Shown here one piece after another: positions 34,254-45,420 of a DNA stretch of 64,000 bases. The notes below the pieces were generated by a model, which had not been told where the DNA came from, did not search any database, and saw only the letters and a program-made list of their open reading frames with translations. A program made the translations under genes and the position numbers. Source of the stretch: Chloropicon primus (Eukaryota). Position 1 is the stretch's first letter; every line of letters starts with the position of its first letter. The stretch is from the NCBI GenBank assembly GCA_023205875.1, contig CP060759.1, positions 1,054,001-1,118,000 of the forward strand, given 5' to 3'.

Positions 34254-37200
34254 ATGACTGGGGGTCGTACCACGATGATGACTTTTGCCAAGGTCTTCGT
34301 CGTCTTGTTCGTCTTGTTGATCTCCTGGAGTCCCAAAGCAGTGGTCTGCAACGAGTGGTCCTACTTCACGATAAGGAACGCTACCTCTACCCTCCAAATA
34401 GGGTGCCAAGGGCAGCCACACAAGGTGAGACAGGGTGAACTGGCCTCAATAACGATAGCGAAAGAAGACATCGACCTTGTCGAAACCAAGCGCCAGACTC
34501 GGGAAACAGGTACTGACCACTGCTGAACTTGTCGGAAGACTTCTCGACCTCTAGGGAGCAATGAAAGTATTACTCTTGTGCAGGCTAACATGGACTGCGC
34601 GCAGGAGATGAAATACGTTGAGGACTTGGATGTTGAAACGGTGAGGCTCCTCTTCGCTTGAAGGCATCTATGTCTTCCAAGCCAGAGAATTCCCACTTGG
34701 TAGCGCTGAAAACCTGACGCACCCTGTTTTTGCTCAATGTCTCTCTCGTCTTTGTGCCACCTGTGCAGGTGAAGGACAAAATTGTGCTTCTTCAATTCTC
34801 GAACTGCGCAACGACCTGGACCGAAGCGAACCAGGAATACTTCCACACAAGTCTCTATTTTCTTATGTCCACCTCAGCCCGTGGCATGATCTTCGCAGAA
34901 CGTTATCGTGGGAAGTTGCCTGGTGTCTCTGTGCTTGGAGAGAATCTTCAGAACTTCATGCCACCGTCTTGCATCATCACCGCCGAATCGTATGACAAGG
35001 TGCTTCAAACATACATACGCGAGGCGGGTGGGAGCAACACCATCCATCAGGGGTCTTCTTGGGAAGCAGACATGTCCTCTGTGTCCTTTCCACCTCTCAA
35101 GGCGCCTGACGCCGGAGATCCTGTTCAAGTCTCGTTAACGCAGGCGTACAAATTGTTCAATTCCTTCAAGTACGGGGACAAGGCTGAAGCGATGGATACG
35201 TTCATAGAATCGTTCGAGTTCCTGTACCCTCTGCAGTACATTAACTTCCTTGGCGAAGCGACTGAGTTACCTCTTGGTAGAGCGAACAATTTGGGGCCCC
35301 AAGTCAATCCTCAGATCATCAGCGAAATGGTTGTTGTACGTAGGAACGGGACCTGTATGCAGAAAAGCTATTCCGCTTGTGCTTCTCATTGTTACGGGAG
35401 GCCCTTGTCTGAAATGTTTGACTCGCAAGAATTGGCAGGCAAGATTGCCCTTGTCATTATCCCGGAAAGCCAATCAGAAGAATCCTCTGTGATGGAAGGG
35501 TGTTTCCGGAGCCTTCAAGATTATCCGATTTTGCTGCAGGAACTAGGGGTGAGTGCAGTGATTCTATCACTTGGCGAGGATTTCGAGCTGCCTCATCGTG
35601 ACCAGGCAGTACCTTTTGCAGATATCAAAGTGCCTGTGCTCCTTGCGCCCTTATCGTATGCGAAGTACCTGAATTTCACGAATCAGTTGGGGGAAAGGCC
35701 TGAGGGTGAACCATTGGCGCCTGCTTTGTTCATAAAAAATGCGACGCTGCCGGCAGTGAGTGATTTATTGGATGTGATGAACTTGGGGGTGATGAGAAAA
35801 CAGCCGCATTTCAAATACCTGCCATTTGGTGCTCCTGCAAACCAAATCGTTCATACCAGGAAGAATTCCTCAGCAGCTGTTGGTCTCTCAGAAATGATGT
35901 CCAAGTATTTTGCAGACCCCATGAATGGTGATTATTTTCTCAGGAGTTTAGACGCTATGCTTGGGGAGCAGTACAGGTTCACTGTATCGGAAGTCACTCC
36001 CGAGAAATCGGACTCGAGTGCTACCGAGACTGGCGCAAGAGGCAGTGTGACTTACTCTTATATGCATGGCATTCAAGACACCTTCTTCTCGGGTGCTGAG
36101 TCCAATCACTCCTATTGGAATCAAAATTATTTTGACCCTCCCCGCTTCGACGATGACGTCGCGGCGTGGAAAGGAATGAGAATGTTGCAACTGAAGCCCA
36201 CAGATCACTGCACACCCCCACCAGGGACTTTGATGGGATTTTGCTTGGATTCGTGCGTTGGCAGTGGCTATTTCCAGCCCCTCGCAAACATCACAGCGTA
36301 TGACGACGTTGCTCTGTTGTTTGATGAAAGTGAGCACGTGTGCCTGCCGACTAGAGAGATCTACCTTCGTGCGCTTTCTGAACTCAATTTTACAAACGTT
36401 CGAGCTCTTTTGGTCGGTAGCGACGAGACAACGAAAGTTTCTACTTTTGTGCACAGGGAAGAAGGGGCCGATTTTGGTGTGTACGACGTGCACCTCGACA
36501 TCTTAAGCAGGTACAGAGAAGCATCTGTTTTGGACTTGAACAAGAAAGAAGTCTACTTATCACGGGATGTTGTGGAAGAAGAACTCACTCGCTTTTGCAG
36601 TTCCGGTCACATTGTAGAGTCCTTCAGACAAGCCGTCCGTGGAATGCTCAACGGCTTGAACATCACGGGTGGGGAGGGAGGGGAAATGTATGATTTGGAG
36701 AACGCCTCGTCGCTGCCCTTCGCAGTCGAACAACTCCGTGAAAACATTGGGGACATGTGCGGAGAGTTCGACAAAAAAGCGACGAAAGCAATCAAGGTAC
36801 TACACCCACGATCGTCAGTACTGAGAAGGCAAAGGAAAGAGAAAGAGAATAAACCTATCCTGTGGGAGAGTTACAACAGGATAGGACTAGAGTTTGCGGG
36901 AGTAGCAACAGACAGTGCTTCGCTTGAATCTTTTTCTGGTGAAGTGGTCCTTGTGGAAACCCACCCCAGCTGCTCCTCGATTGATTGCACAGGCTGCAAC
37001 GAAAGGTTCAATGACGTTGACCTCCGAGGCAAGATAGCTTTCATTCCTTTTTTGCGTGAAGAATACCTTCAGGACAACTATGTGGCGGACTTTTACTTGG
37101 CGATAGATCAGAATGTTACCGTCGAGGAGGTTTTGAGCAATCAGAAAGATTTTCTGTCGATCCTTCGTTCTTCCGCACAGGAGAGAATGCAAGCAGCTGG

Positions 37201-37897
37201 CGGAATCCACGCCAGCTGCTTGTTGCCGACGTACAATTTGATGAGGTTGCTCAAGGAAAGAGGTGCAAGCGCTGTTGTGTTTGGGAACGATATGTATGAA
37301 ATCTATCGGACGACGTTCCGCGGGTGGATGGCGGAGGACACAATACCGATGTTGAATATCAACGACTTGGCCAGCAGGGAATGGTACAGAATTTTGAAGC
37401 ACGCGAACGAGTCGCTGATTGTGGACGTCCGAAGTTGGAATCGGATCTCTTCGGTGGATCTGGCTGAAATCTTCTTGCAGAGATTGGACAAGGAACCGAA
37501 GAAACAATTTTTAGACAGGATGAAGGTGACGATGGCCATCGACAAAGTCACGAATGAACCGTATTCTGGCGTGACCACGATCATTGCCACCCCAAGCATT
37601 GAATCTCTCAAGAGCGAGAAGGCACGCGATGAAGATTGGGCTTACAAGACTGCCCTTTGGGGCGGAATCGCATCCGTGTGCTTTGCGGTCGGCGTCGTGA
37701 GTCTGTTGATCAGGCACTACATGGGGAGGCTCTCCCTTGCAAGACTGCAGGAGGTCCAGACAGTGGACCTGTCAAATCTGCCCATGGCTATGAGGAATGA
37801 GAGCAACGCCACGAGACGTAACCCCAATGTTATCTTCCAGCAAGACACCTACGGTTGGGGCCCATTCCGAGAAAGGAGAAGCCGTTCCTACGTTTAA
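34254..37897 (+). CDS. Large type I membrane protein with several PA (protease-associated)-like domains; at least two 5' introns, first donor uncertain
   Basis: Signal peptide MMTFAKVFVVLFVLLISWSPKAVVC; exon about 34555-34640 splices to 34769; motifs VKDKIVLL, LAGKIALV..GVSAVIL..IKVP, LRGKIAFI..GASAVVF..IPML; TM ALWGGIASVCFAVGVVSLLI. Confidence 0.7.
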
Positions 37898-38278
37898 GAA
37901 TTTTTGCCCGGCAAGACTTTTTTTGTGGACGAGACAAACTTTTGGAGAAGAGATAAAGTAATAATGGTAGCAACAACAACAACAACACAACTGTATCATA
38001 ATTAGCCCCCATTTCAAACACAGCCTGCCTCCTCTCTTGTCTCTCTCTCCTCTTCTTCCTCTCCTTGCAAAATTGTCTGACGGGGGGCCCGTCCTTGCCT
38101 CCCTCGCTCGCCCGAATCACACCGAGGGCTTCCTGGGGTCGAACATCCTCTCCTTGGAGTTGGTCCGGGCGACCGCCTCGTTGTCCTTGGACTGGTCTGC
38201 GTTGTTTGACATAAATAACGTCTTGCCGCCCTCGTCCTCCCCCTCGTCGTCGGCGGCGCAGGTCACCAGGGTTGTCAG

Positions 38279-38750
38279 CGCCGCCGTCGACCTGGCGCGT
38301 GTAAAGCGTCTCTGTCTCGTGGGACGCCTCCTCACCGCACTGCACCGCTCGCGACTTGCTCCTTCGAAGACTTCCCTCCTCTTCCTCTTCACGAACCGAG
38401 CCAACAACTCACAAAACAAACTTCAAGGCAGCCTCCTGTAACGCCTGTCGTCTCAAAGGGAGGACCACTCTGTGAGCCAAAACCTTCAGCCGAGGTATCA
38501 ATCGAAAGCCCTTGAGACGCGCTTTCGTTCTTTCAACACCTCCTCCCCTTCGCCGTCCCCGTCCGTGCACAAAGTCCTCGACAACAACACCTTCCCTCTC
38601 CCTTGTTGCGCGACGAACCCGGGCGTTAATTCTCACTCGTGTTTTCAACTCCTTATCTTCTTCTTCTAGGGTTTTTCGCGCGAGGAAATCCTCAGGAGGG
38701 GACGCCGAACCAGGAGGGGGATGGAGGGATGATGTAGAAGGGAGAAGGGG
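38279..38750. repeat. Dispersed repeat copy C (core 38483-38659)
   Basis: 38660-38750 identical to 7834-7924; similarity decays leftwards to about 38279. Confidence 0.95.
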
Positions 38751-39691
38751 ATGAGGGAAAGAGAGGAGGGATAGGTGGATAGAAGGAACGTGTATCTCCA
38801 GACCTTTGACGCATCCATCCTCTGGTCCATCCTCCTCCCTATCTTCTGCTCGCTTCCTCTCCTCCTCCTCCTCCTCCTCAATCACCACCACCAGTGATGG
38901 TACATTCATCACCTCCGCCACACCCGGCTGCTGGAGAAGGAAAGGAAAGGAAAAGGTAAGGTGCGGTAGCGGCAGTGGTGGTGTTACCTTCCCGACCGAT
39001 CGCGATCAACATTCTGCTCGCCGAGGTCGAGGATCTCACGCGTGGCACTTAAGATCAGGTTTCTCGGAGCTTGAAACACGAAAAAGGCGTTTGTTTCTTC
39101 TTCGTGAACAAGCACTTCACCGAGACCGATTGAGTCATAACCACGCAATAATAAAAGGCAGCATCGACCGGGTGAGGCGGCTATCTTGGGGCTTTGCCCT
39201 TTGGTCCGTCGCTCTCGCCTTTCCTTCCAGGAAGGAGTGCGTGTCCACGTTCGTGCGTTCTGCACAAGCGAGGCTGTGTTCCCTCTCCGGTGGTCGGGTT
39301 GCGCTCCCGCGCTTGCTCGAGGTCCTTGTGAGCTCCCCTCTCAAGAGGTGTTCACTTCAAGCAACGTGTACATATCACGCACAAACGCTACGCTCTGCTT
39401 GGCATCCACAACGCGCGAGGACGATGTTCGTTCTAACACCCCGAACTGCTGCTTGCTCGTTTGACGGCCCTTGGGTACAGAATGCGGTGACTGCCGAAAG
39501 GAGCGGCGTCTCTTGCTCCGCTACCGATGCGCACCCGTTTTTCAGCGAAAGCTTGTGCTGCTGCGGTTTGGGGGATCACTGGCGAGGTGGAATACGGTTT
39601 GGGAGGACTCCTACTGGTTCGACACGCCAGTTGATCCTTGTGGCCGCTCACACTGTTTTTGCTTGCTGCATTGTATTATATTGATCTGGAA

Positions 39692-41014
39692 TTATGCCTT
39701 GTCCAAGACCTTCTTGTCCCCCCCCCCCTTGCCGTCACTTGCCTCCAGCTGCGCGGCATGGCCTCCTTCCAGGAGCTCTCGCGCTTCGCTGGCCTAAAAC
39801 GTGAGAAGGCAGCTGGTGTCCCGGTGCGAGCAAAACTTTTTGCTGCACTTTGGCTCGGCCCCGGCCAGGGTCTCACCCACCCCCTCTGGCAGATCCAAAG
39901 AGAACAGGTTGGCCGCCTCAACCAGGCTGAGACTGCCAGGAGTTCCAGTGACCAGGTGGAAAGACCCTGACATGTCTTCCGCGCTGGGATCCAGTGGTTT
40001 GGACTCGAAGAGGGCCTCGGCTGCGGCGACGATGTCCCCCTCTTGGGCATTCGCGCCAAACGATCCAGAGTGGGAGCCGCTAGGCGCGACAATCGAAATT
40101 TGAGACGGATCCAGCTCCCTCACGAACGTGCAAACCTTCGAGAAGCAAGAGCAAGAGCGCAGACGAAGAGGAAGTCGACGGCGGACGTTGCAGTTCGGGG
40201 GTCAGTGGGGAGTGGCGGCGGAAGGGAATGGACTGGTTCGACTTACCGTGTAGGTGGACTCCCCGCTTTCCTCGCTCTCGACGTAGGTGAAGTTGAAGAG
40301 GGGAGTCTCCAGTTCGATGTTGAGGGTAGGATAGCCGTTACCGACTTGGCTGATGTCGGCGCCGTCCTCGATCAAAATTCTCGATGGACGTCCAGGTTCC
40401 GCGGCGGGGGGCTCCACGCTGAAGGCCTCCTCCTCGAGTCCTCTTGCGACGGCGGCAGGCTCGGAACGCGGGGTCACGCGGATGCCGAGGTTCTCCAAGG
40501 CCGGCCCGACGTTGAAGACAATGTCAACCTCCGGCGTCTGCACCGCGATGCCCACTCTGTCGGAACTCTTCACCTCGCCTGCGGCGCGGGTCGACGACCT
40601 CGAGAAGGACGACGAGGAGGAGGAGGAGGAGGAGGAGTAGGTGTAGGTGCTGCTGCCGGACCCCCCCCCGCGGGTAGACGACGTCGAGGACCTGCTCGTC
40701 CTCCTCGCGCTCGCGTCACTCGACGAGGAGGCCATCTCGGTGGCCGTCGTCAGAGGAACCTCGCTGAGCACGGTGATCTCCGCGCGTCCGCCGCCGCTCC
40801 CCCCGAGGTTGGCCTTCTCCCACTCCCTCATCCTTTCCAGGCTCTCCCTCTGCTGCCTTTGCCTGGCCCTCATGAACTCCTGCATCCTCTTCGTCGCCTC
40901 GTCGACGCCCGAACCCGCCGTCGCAGACACCGCCAGGAGCGTCACGCACGCCCACGCCACCAGCGCGAACCTCGCCCACCTCCCTCTTCCAAAGCCACTC
41001 GACCTCGACGCCAT
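39692..41014 (-). CDS. Hypothetical secreted Ser-rich protein; exons 41014-40247, 40135-39881, 39793-39692
   Basis: Hydrophobic signal FALVAWACVTLLAVSATA; two GT-AG introns keep the frame to a TAA stop. Confidence 0.65.
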
Positions 41015-41160
41015 GGTGTCCCTCTTTGTCGTAACGCTCGACAAAGGCAAAGGCAAAAGGGCGCTTGCCCGGTCAAAACAAAACGATGTTGACCACAGCA
41101 GCTTCGGAGACCAATGAAAGGGGAGGAGGGGAGGGGAGGGGAACGAAAGCAGGAACAACC

Positions 41161-41220
41161 AAGACCAAGGGGAACAAGACCAAGGGGAACAAGACCAAGG
41201 GGAACAAGACCAAGGGGAAC
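41161..41220. repeat. Four tandem 15-bp repeats (aagaccaaggggaac) in a divergent intergenic region
   Basis: Directly visible. Confidence 0.95.
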
Positions 41221-41425
41221 CGATGGCCTTGGTTTGGCTATGGGTCACCAAGAAACCGAACGCTTTCTACCATGGTGGCATCAGCAACGACGGGAGCGAG
41301 AGCCCCATCTAAAAATCAGGGTCGGTCGAGGCGTGATCGTGACGTGATGGGTGTGATGGGGGCCAACGCCGTCCACCGGGGCAGAAGGGGCCGGAACGGG
41401 GCGCCACGATCGCAAGCGAGGAAGC

Positions 41426-42877
41426 ATGACCGGGGTCAGGAAACGCCAAGAGAGGAGGGCCTTCGAGGTTAGGCCGAGCGGGCCGCCGCCCGACGAGGAG
41501 GAGGACGAGGAGAACGAGAATAGGCTTCCTTCCCGATGGCATCTCGCAATCGCGTCCTACCAAATCTTCCTGATTTACTTGAACTACTCGATCGTCATCC
41601 CGACTGTGCACAAGTACGCAGAGAGTCTCGATGCACCGGGTGGCTTCGCGGGCGGCTTCGCGGGAGTCCTTGTTGGCGCCGCGAGCGTTGGCGCTGCCGT
41701 GTTGCAGCCTCTCTATCGACTCCTGCTGAAGAGGTCCTACGCCGTTACGTTCCTGGTCCAAGCCTGCCTCATGCTCGTTGGATCCATCATCTACGCCCTC
41801 GCGGGGCTCGCCCGCACGTGGTCACTGCTCCTGGTCGGCCGTGTGATTGGAGGCCTTGGGGGCTCGGCTTACCCCGTCATGACCTTCCTCAGCGAGGCCG
41901 TCGGGAAGAAGCATCGCAGCAATGTCACATCTATTGTGATTGGGGTGTCGCGAAGCCTGGGCTACGCCTTGGGTCCAGTCTTTGCTGCTGCCCTCGTCTA
42001 CGTTGACTTCCGTGTGGGCGAGCTCACGATTGACAAGCGCAACAATCCTGGTTTCTTCATTGCCCTCCTCTGCGTGGGTCAGCTGGTGAGTCACCCGCTA
42101 TCCTTCTATATCTCTCTTTCTCTCTGTTGTCGACTCGGATAGCTGACTTGTTCTTTCTCTTGCTTGTAGGTTGCTGTGAGTTGGAGCTTTCCCAGGGAGG
42201 GATCCAAGCTGGTGGACAAGAAGGAGACGAATGAGAGCCGACTTCCAACGACATCAGAAGCAGCGGCAGAGGATAAGTCCAAGAAAGAAAAGGTCGTGCA
42301 TCTGCTCACTCTCTCTTGGTTCGCAGTCACTGTCTTCTCCTGTCCAATTTTGATCTGTGGGTGGGAGTTAGGTGCTACCAAGCTGCTTCAGGGCGCCTTC
42401 GGCTGGAGCATTCAATCTTCAGCCTTGGCGTTAGGAGGGATCATTATGTGCACAATTGTCCCATTGCTGCTGGGAGGAAAACTGACGTACAAGTTTTCAG
42501 ACGCATTCATAGAGAGAGTGTCCTTCACGATTTCTCTTGTGTCTTGCGTTGGTCTCTTCGCCTACGGGAGTGAATCAGAAATATCAGTTTGGGCTCGAAC
42601 ACTGCCTTACCTTATCTCTAGCTTCATCCTGATGAATTTTGTCACGTTACCCACTGTCCTCGCATACTCCCACGTCACAAAGGTTTGCAGGGCGTCGGAA
42701 ATCGAGAGGATGCAGAATTTGTTATCAGTTGTCGGGTACTTGTCTCGAGGGGTGGGCGCAGTGACTGGCGATTTGCTGAGTCCCAACGCGCTTGCTGGTC
42801 TCTTCATGGGCCTCCTTTCTTTCATTTTGGTCACGAACCTTCTCTTGGGGAAGAGACTCTTGCCGAAAGTAAGCTGA
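41426..42877 (+). CDS. MFS transporter (MFSD8/SPX-MFS-like); intron 42086-42169
   Basis: NYSIVIPT, LLVGRVIGGLG, LGYALGP, NNPG; many TM segments; in-frame splice. Confidence 0.85.
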
Positions 42878-43080
42878 ACGAAATATTCAACACACCGACG
42901 CCTTTTGTGGCCTTCTCTGCTGGTCGTCCACAATTGGCCTTGAGGTGGCCACGGTGGCTCCGAAGGTAGACATGGATGAATCCCGGATGGGAGAGCTCGC
43001 ACGAGGATGTGGGAGGTCGCAAGGAGGAGGACGAGCCATAAGATATTTCTTGATTAACGGTAGATTACTTGATCGTCTGA

Positions 43081-43479
43081 TTAACCCTCAAGCCAGCCGC
43101 CCTTGATCTGGTTGGCGACCCCCTCGTTGAAAAGGGGCTTGTTGCCCGTGACGAAGCCGAGACCCGCCTGGGCTTGGCCCCACTGGCTCAATCCGTTACC
43201 GAGCGCGGCAGCGCCCTGGCCCCAGTTCAGGAGCTTCCTGCCGCCCGATCCGAGGAAAGCGCCGTAGTTCTCCAGGCCCTGACCGGCGATCTGCTTCTCG
43301 ATCCCCTGCTTGAACGCCGGCACGTCCCCCTTGAGAAATCCGGCGGTCGTCTCCAGCTGACCCAACCCTTTGACATTCTGACCGAGCCACTTTGCTCCGT
43401 CGCCGGGCTGCCAGGCTAGGGTTTGAGAGGCCAGGCCCGCGATCAAGACAACAACCAGCGCTTGTGCTACTCCCTTCAT
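43081..43479 (-). CDS. Small secreted Gly-rich two-repeat protein (candidate peptide precursor)
   Basis: Signal peptide MKGVAQALVVVLIAGLASQTLA; two gapless 45-aa repeats with 18 identities separated by GSGGRKLL. Confidence 0.8.
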   Translation of the reverse strand: MKGVAQALVVVLIAGLASQTLAWQPGDGAKWLGQNVKGLGQLETTAGFLKGDVPAFKQGIEKQIAGQGLENYGAFLGSGGRKLLNWGQGAAALGNGLSQWGQAQAGLGFVTGNKPLFNEGVANQIKGGWLEG

Positions 43480-44069
43480 TCTGTTCTACCTGTTCGAGGG
43501 TGCTCTTCCGAATTCTGAGACTTCCGCCGTCGATCGCCGTCGTGGGTATCTGGCGGCGCCGCATCCCAAGGAGGAGCGGTCACGCCCCTCTGCAGGTCAC
43601 GCCACGGCCCGTCTCCCCTTTTACGGAGATGAATGAATTTCTGCTCCTTGGCTGGAGCAAGTGAGGAGGAGGCATGAGGGAAAGGGAGGAAATGCGCAAC
43701 CCACGTCCTTCCCCTTCCCTTCCCCTTCCCTTTCCCCTCATGCCTCCTCCTCACTTGCTCCAGCCAGCCCCTCCATTTTTTTCCGATTGAGTTCGAAGCT
43801 CGACCCAATCTTCAACCTCCTCGAAGAAGCTTTTTGATTTGAAGAGAGAGAGGACTCGGCTCGGACCTTTTCTTTCGTCGTGGTTGCTTGGTTGCTTGGT
43901 TGCTTGGTTGCTTGGTTGCTTGCGTCGCGAGTCAACAGGGACTCTTTCGTTTCGTTGCTTCGTTGGTGTGGACGGAAACGTGGTGGAGTCCGTCGTCGGT
44001 CCGGCGAAAGGGTTTGGTGTCTCGCTCTGTTCCTCGGAGGGACGCAACAGCAAACAAACCCAGGAGATC

Positions 44070-44939
44070 ATGGCGCTGTTTCACGCGGCGAGGTTCTGGA
44101 CGCTCAAGCACTCGGCGTGGATAGCCTTGGTCTTCATCGTGGCGCGGGCGGCGATGAACGCGGCCACGAGGCGGGGGCTCGAGGCGTACAGGAGGAGGAA
44201 GGGCGTCAAGGTTGAGGTGGACAAGCTCCAGGAGGAGATCTGGCTGGTGGTGTGCGGCACGGTGCTGAGCGCCTTCAGCGGGTGCCTGCTCGCGAGGGGG
44301 CCGAGCTTCGAGGGGTGTAACGTCTTCGACACGTCCAGGTGCTACGCGAACTGCAGCGCGGAGGAGATTCCCCGCGAGATCATGGCGTACTACCTCATCG
44401 AGGTCGGCTGGTACGTCTCCCTCATCCTGAAAGGGGTGGTGGGGGCGGGCCGGTCCGACAGCGCGGTGATGGAGTTCCACCACCTGATCACCCTCGCGCT
44501 AGTGATCTGGTCGTACGTCACCGGCTTCACCCAAGGCATCGGCGTGGTGACCTTCTTCGTGTTCAACCAGAGCAACCCGCTGCTCCACCTGTCGAAGCTC
44601 GCGAACTACATGGAGATGACCAGGGCCAGGGCCTTCATGTTCATCCTCTTCGCCGCGGTCTTCTTCCTCTCCAGGATCGTCCTCCTCCCCGCGGTGGTCA
44701 TTCGGTCGACCCTGAGGGAGATGCCCCTGGCCGTCTCCGAGGAGGACTGGCGCGGCGCCGTGGTCTACACCTGGTGCACGACGAACGCCCTCCTCGTCGC
44801 CCTGTGGCTGCTGAACGTGTACTGGATGAAGCCCATCGCGAGGGTGATCGTGAGGAACGTCAAGGGCATCGACCAGGGCACGCCTCGCGACGAGACCATC
44901 TCCAGGGACGACGCGGACGCCAAGACGAAGGCGGCGTGA
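44070..44939 (+). CDS. TLC-domain ceramide synthase (LAG1/ASC1-like), copy 1
   Basis: Lag1p-like motif RSDSAVMEFHHLITLALVIWSY, NPLLHLSK, FFLSRI. Confidence 0.85.
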   Translation: MALFHAARFWTLKHSAWIALVFIVARAAMNAATRRGLEAYRRRKGVKVEVDKLQEEIWLVVCGTVLSAFSGCLLARGPSFEGCNVFDTSRCYANCSAEEIPREIMAYYLIEVGWYVSLILKGVVGAGRSDSAVMEFHHLITLALVIWSYVTGFTQGIGVVTFFVFNQSNPLLHLSKLANYMEMTRARAFMFILFAAVFFLSRIVLLPAVVIRSTLREMPLAVSEEDWRGAVVYTWCTTNALLVALWLLNVYWMKPIARVIVRNVKGIDQGTPRDETISRDDADAKTKAA

Positions 44940-45420
44940 GGGACGCCTCGCGGCGAAGACCCGGCACTTGCATGCATGTATTTTTGCTTTTATCGTTTCT
45001 AATTTATTCCAAATAAATCCATGAAATCATATAATACGAAAAGTACTTTCCGCAAACGAGCACGGTCGCGCTCGGTTCCGCTTGGTTTCTCAGTCCCAGT
45101 CCTCGGTCGGCGTCGTCCCCACACCCCCACACACCCCGGCAGTGGAAACGGACAAGTCCAATCCATAAAGATGGATGGATGGTCCGAGGAGAGGGAAAAG
45201 GAATGCCCCGCTCAAGTCGAATCAACCTCGGCACTCCCTTCCCCCTCCCTGTCCCTTCCCCCTCAGCCGTTTCGCTCCTCCAGTTTGTTGCGATGCCACA
45301 TCAGCAGCACCCGTGATGACTCACTCGAGGGGTCGGTGCACTTTTTTGAAAAGGAAACAGAAAACTCTGGCAGAGTGGCGCTCGGTCAGTCGACGAGGAC
45401 GAGGACGAGGGTCGAGGGGG

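Noticed and set aside
39480..39515. SRP RNA helix 8 resemblance (CC-GAAA-GG-AGC)
   Set aside because: The 5' side lacks the conserved AGG of the symmetric loop and no Alu domain is visible.
41161..41220. CRISPR-like array
   Set aside because: Perfect tandem 15-mers with no spacers, no cas genes, eukaryotic context.
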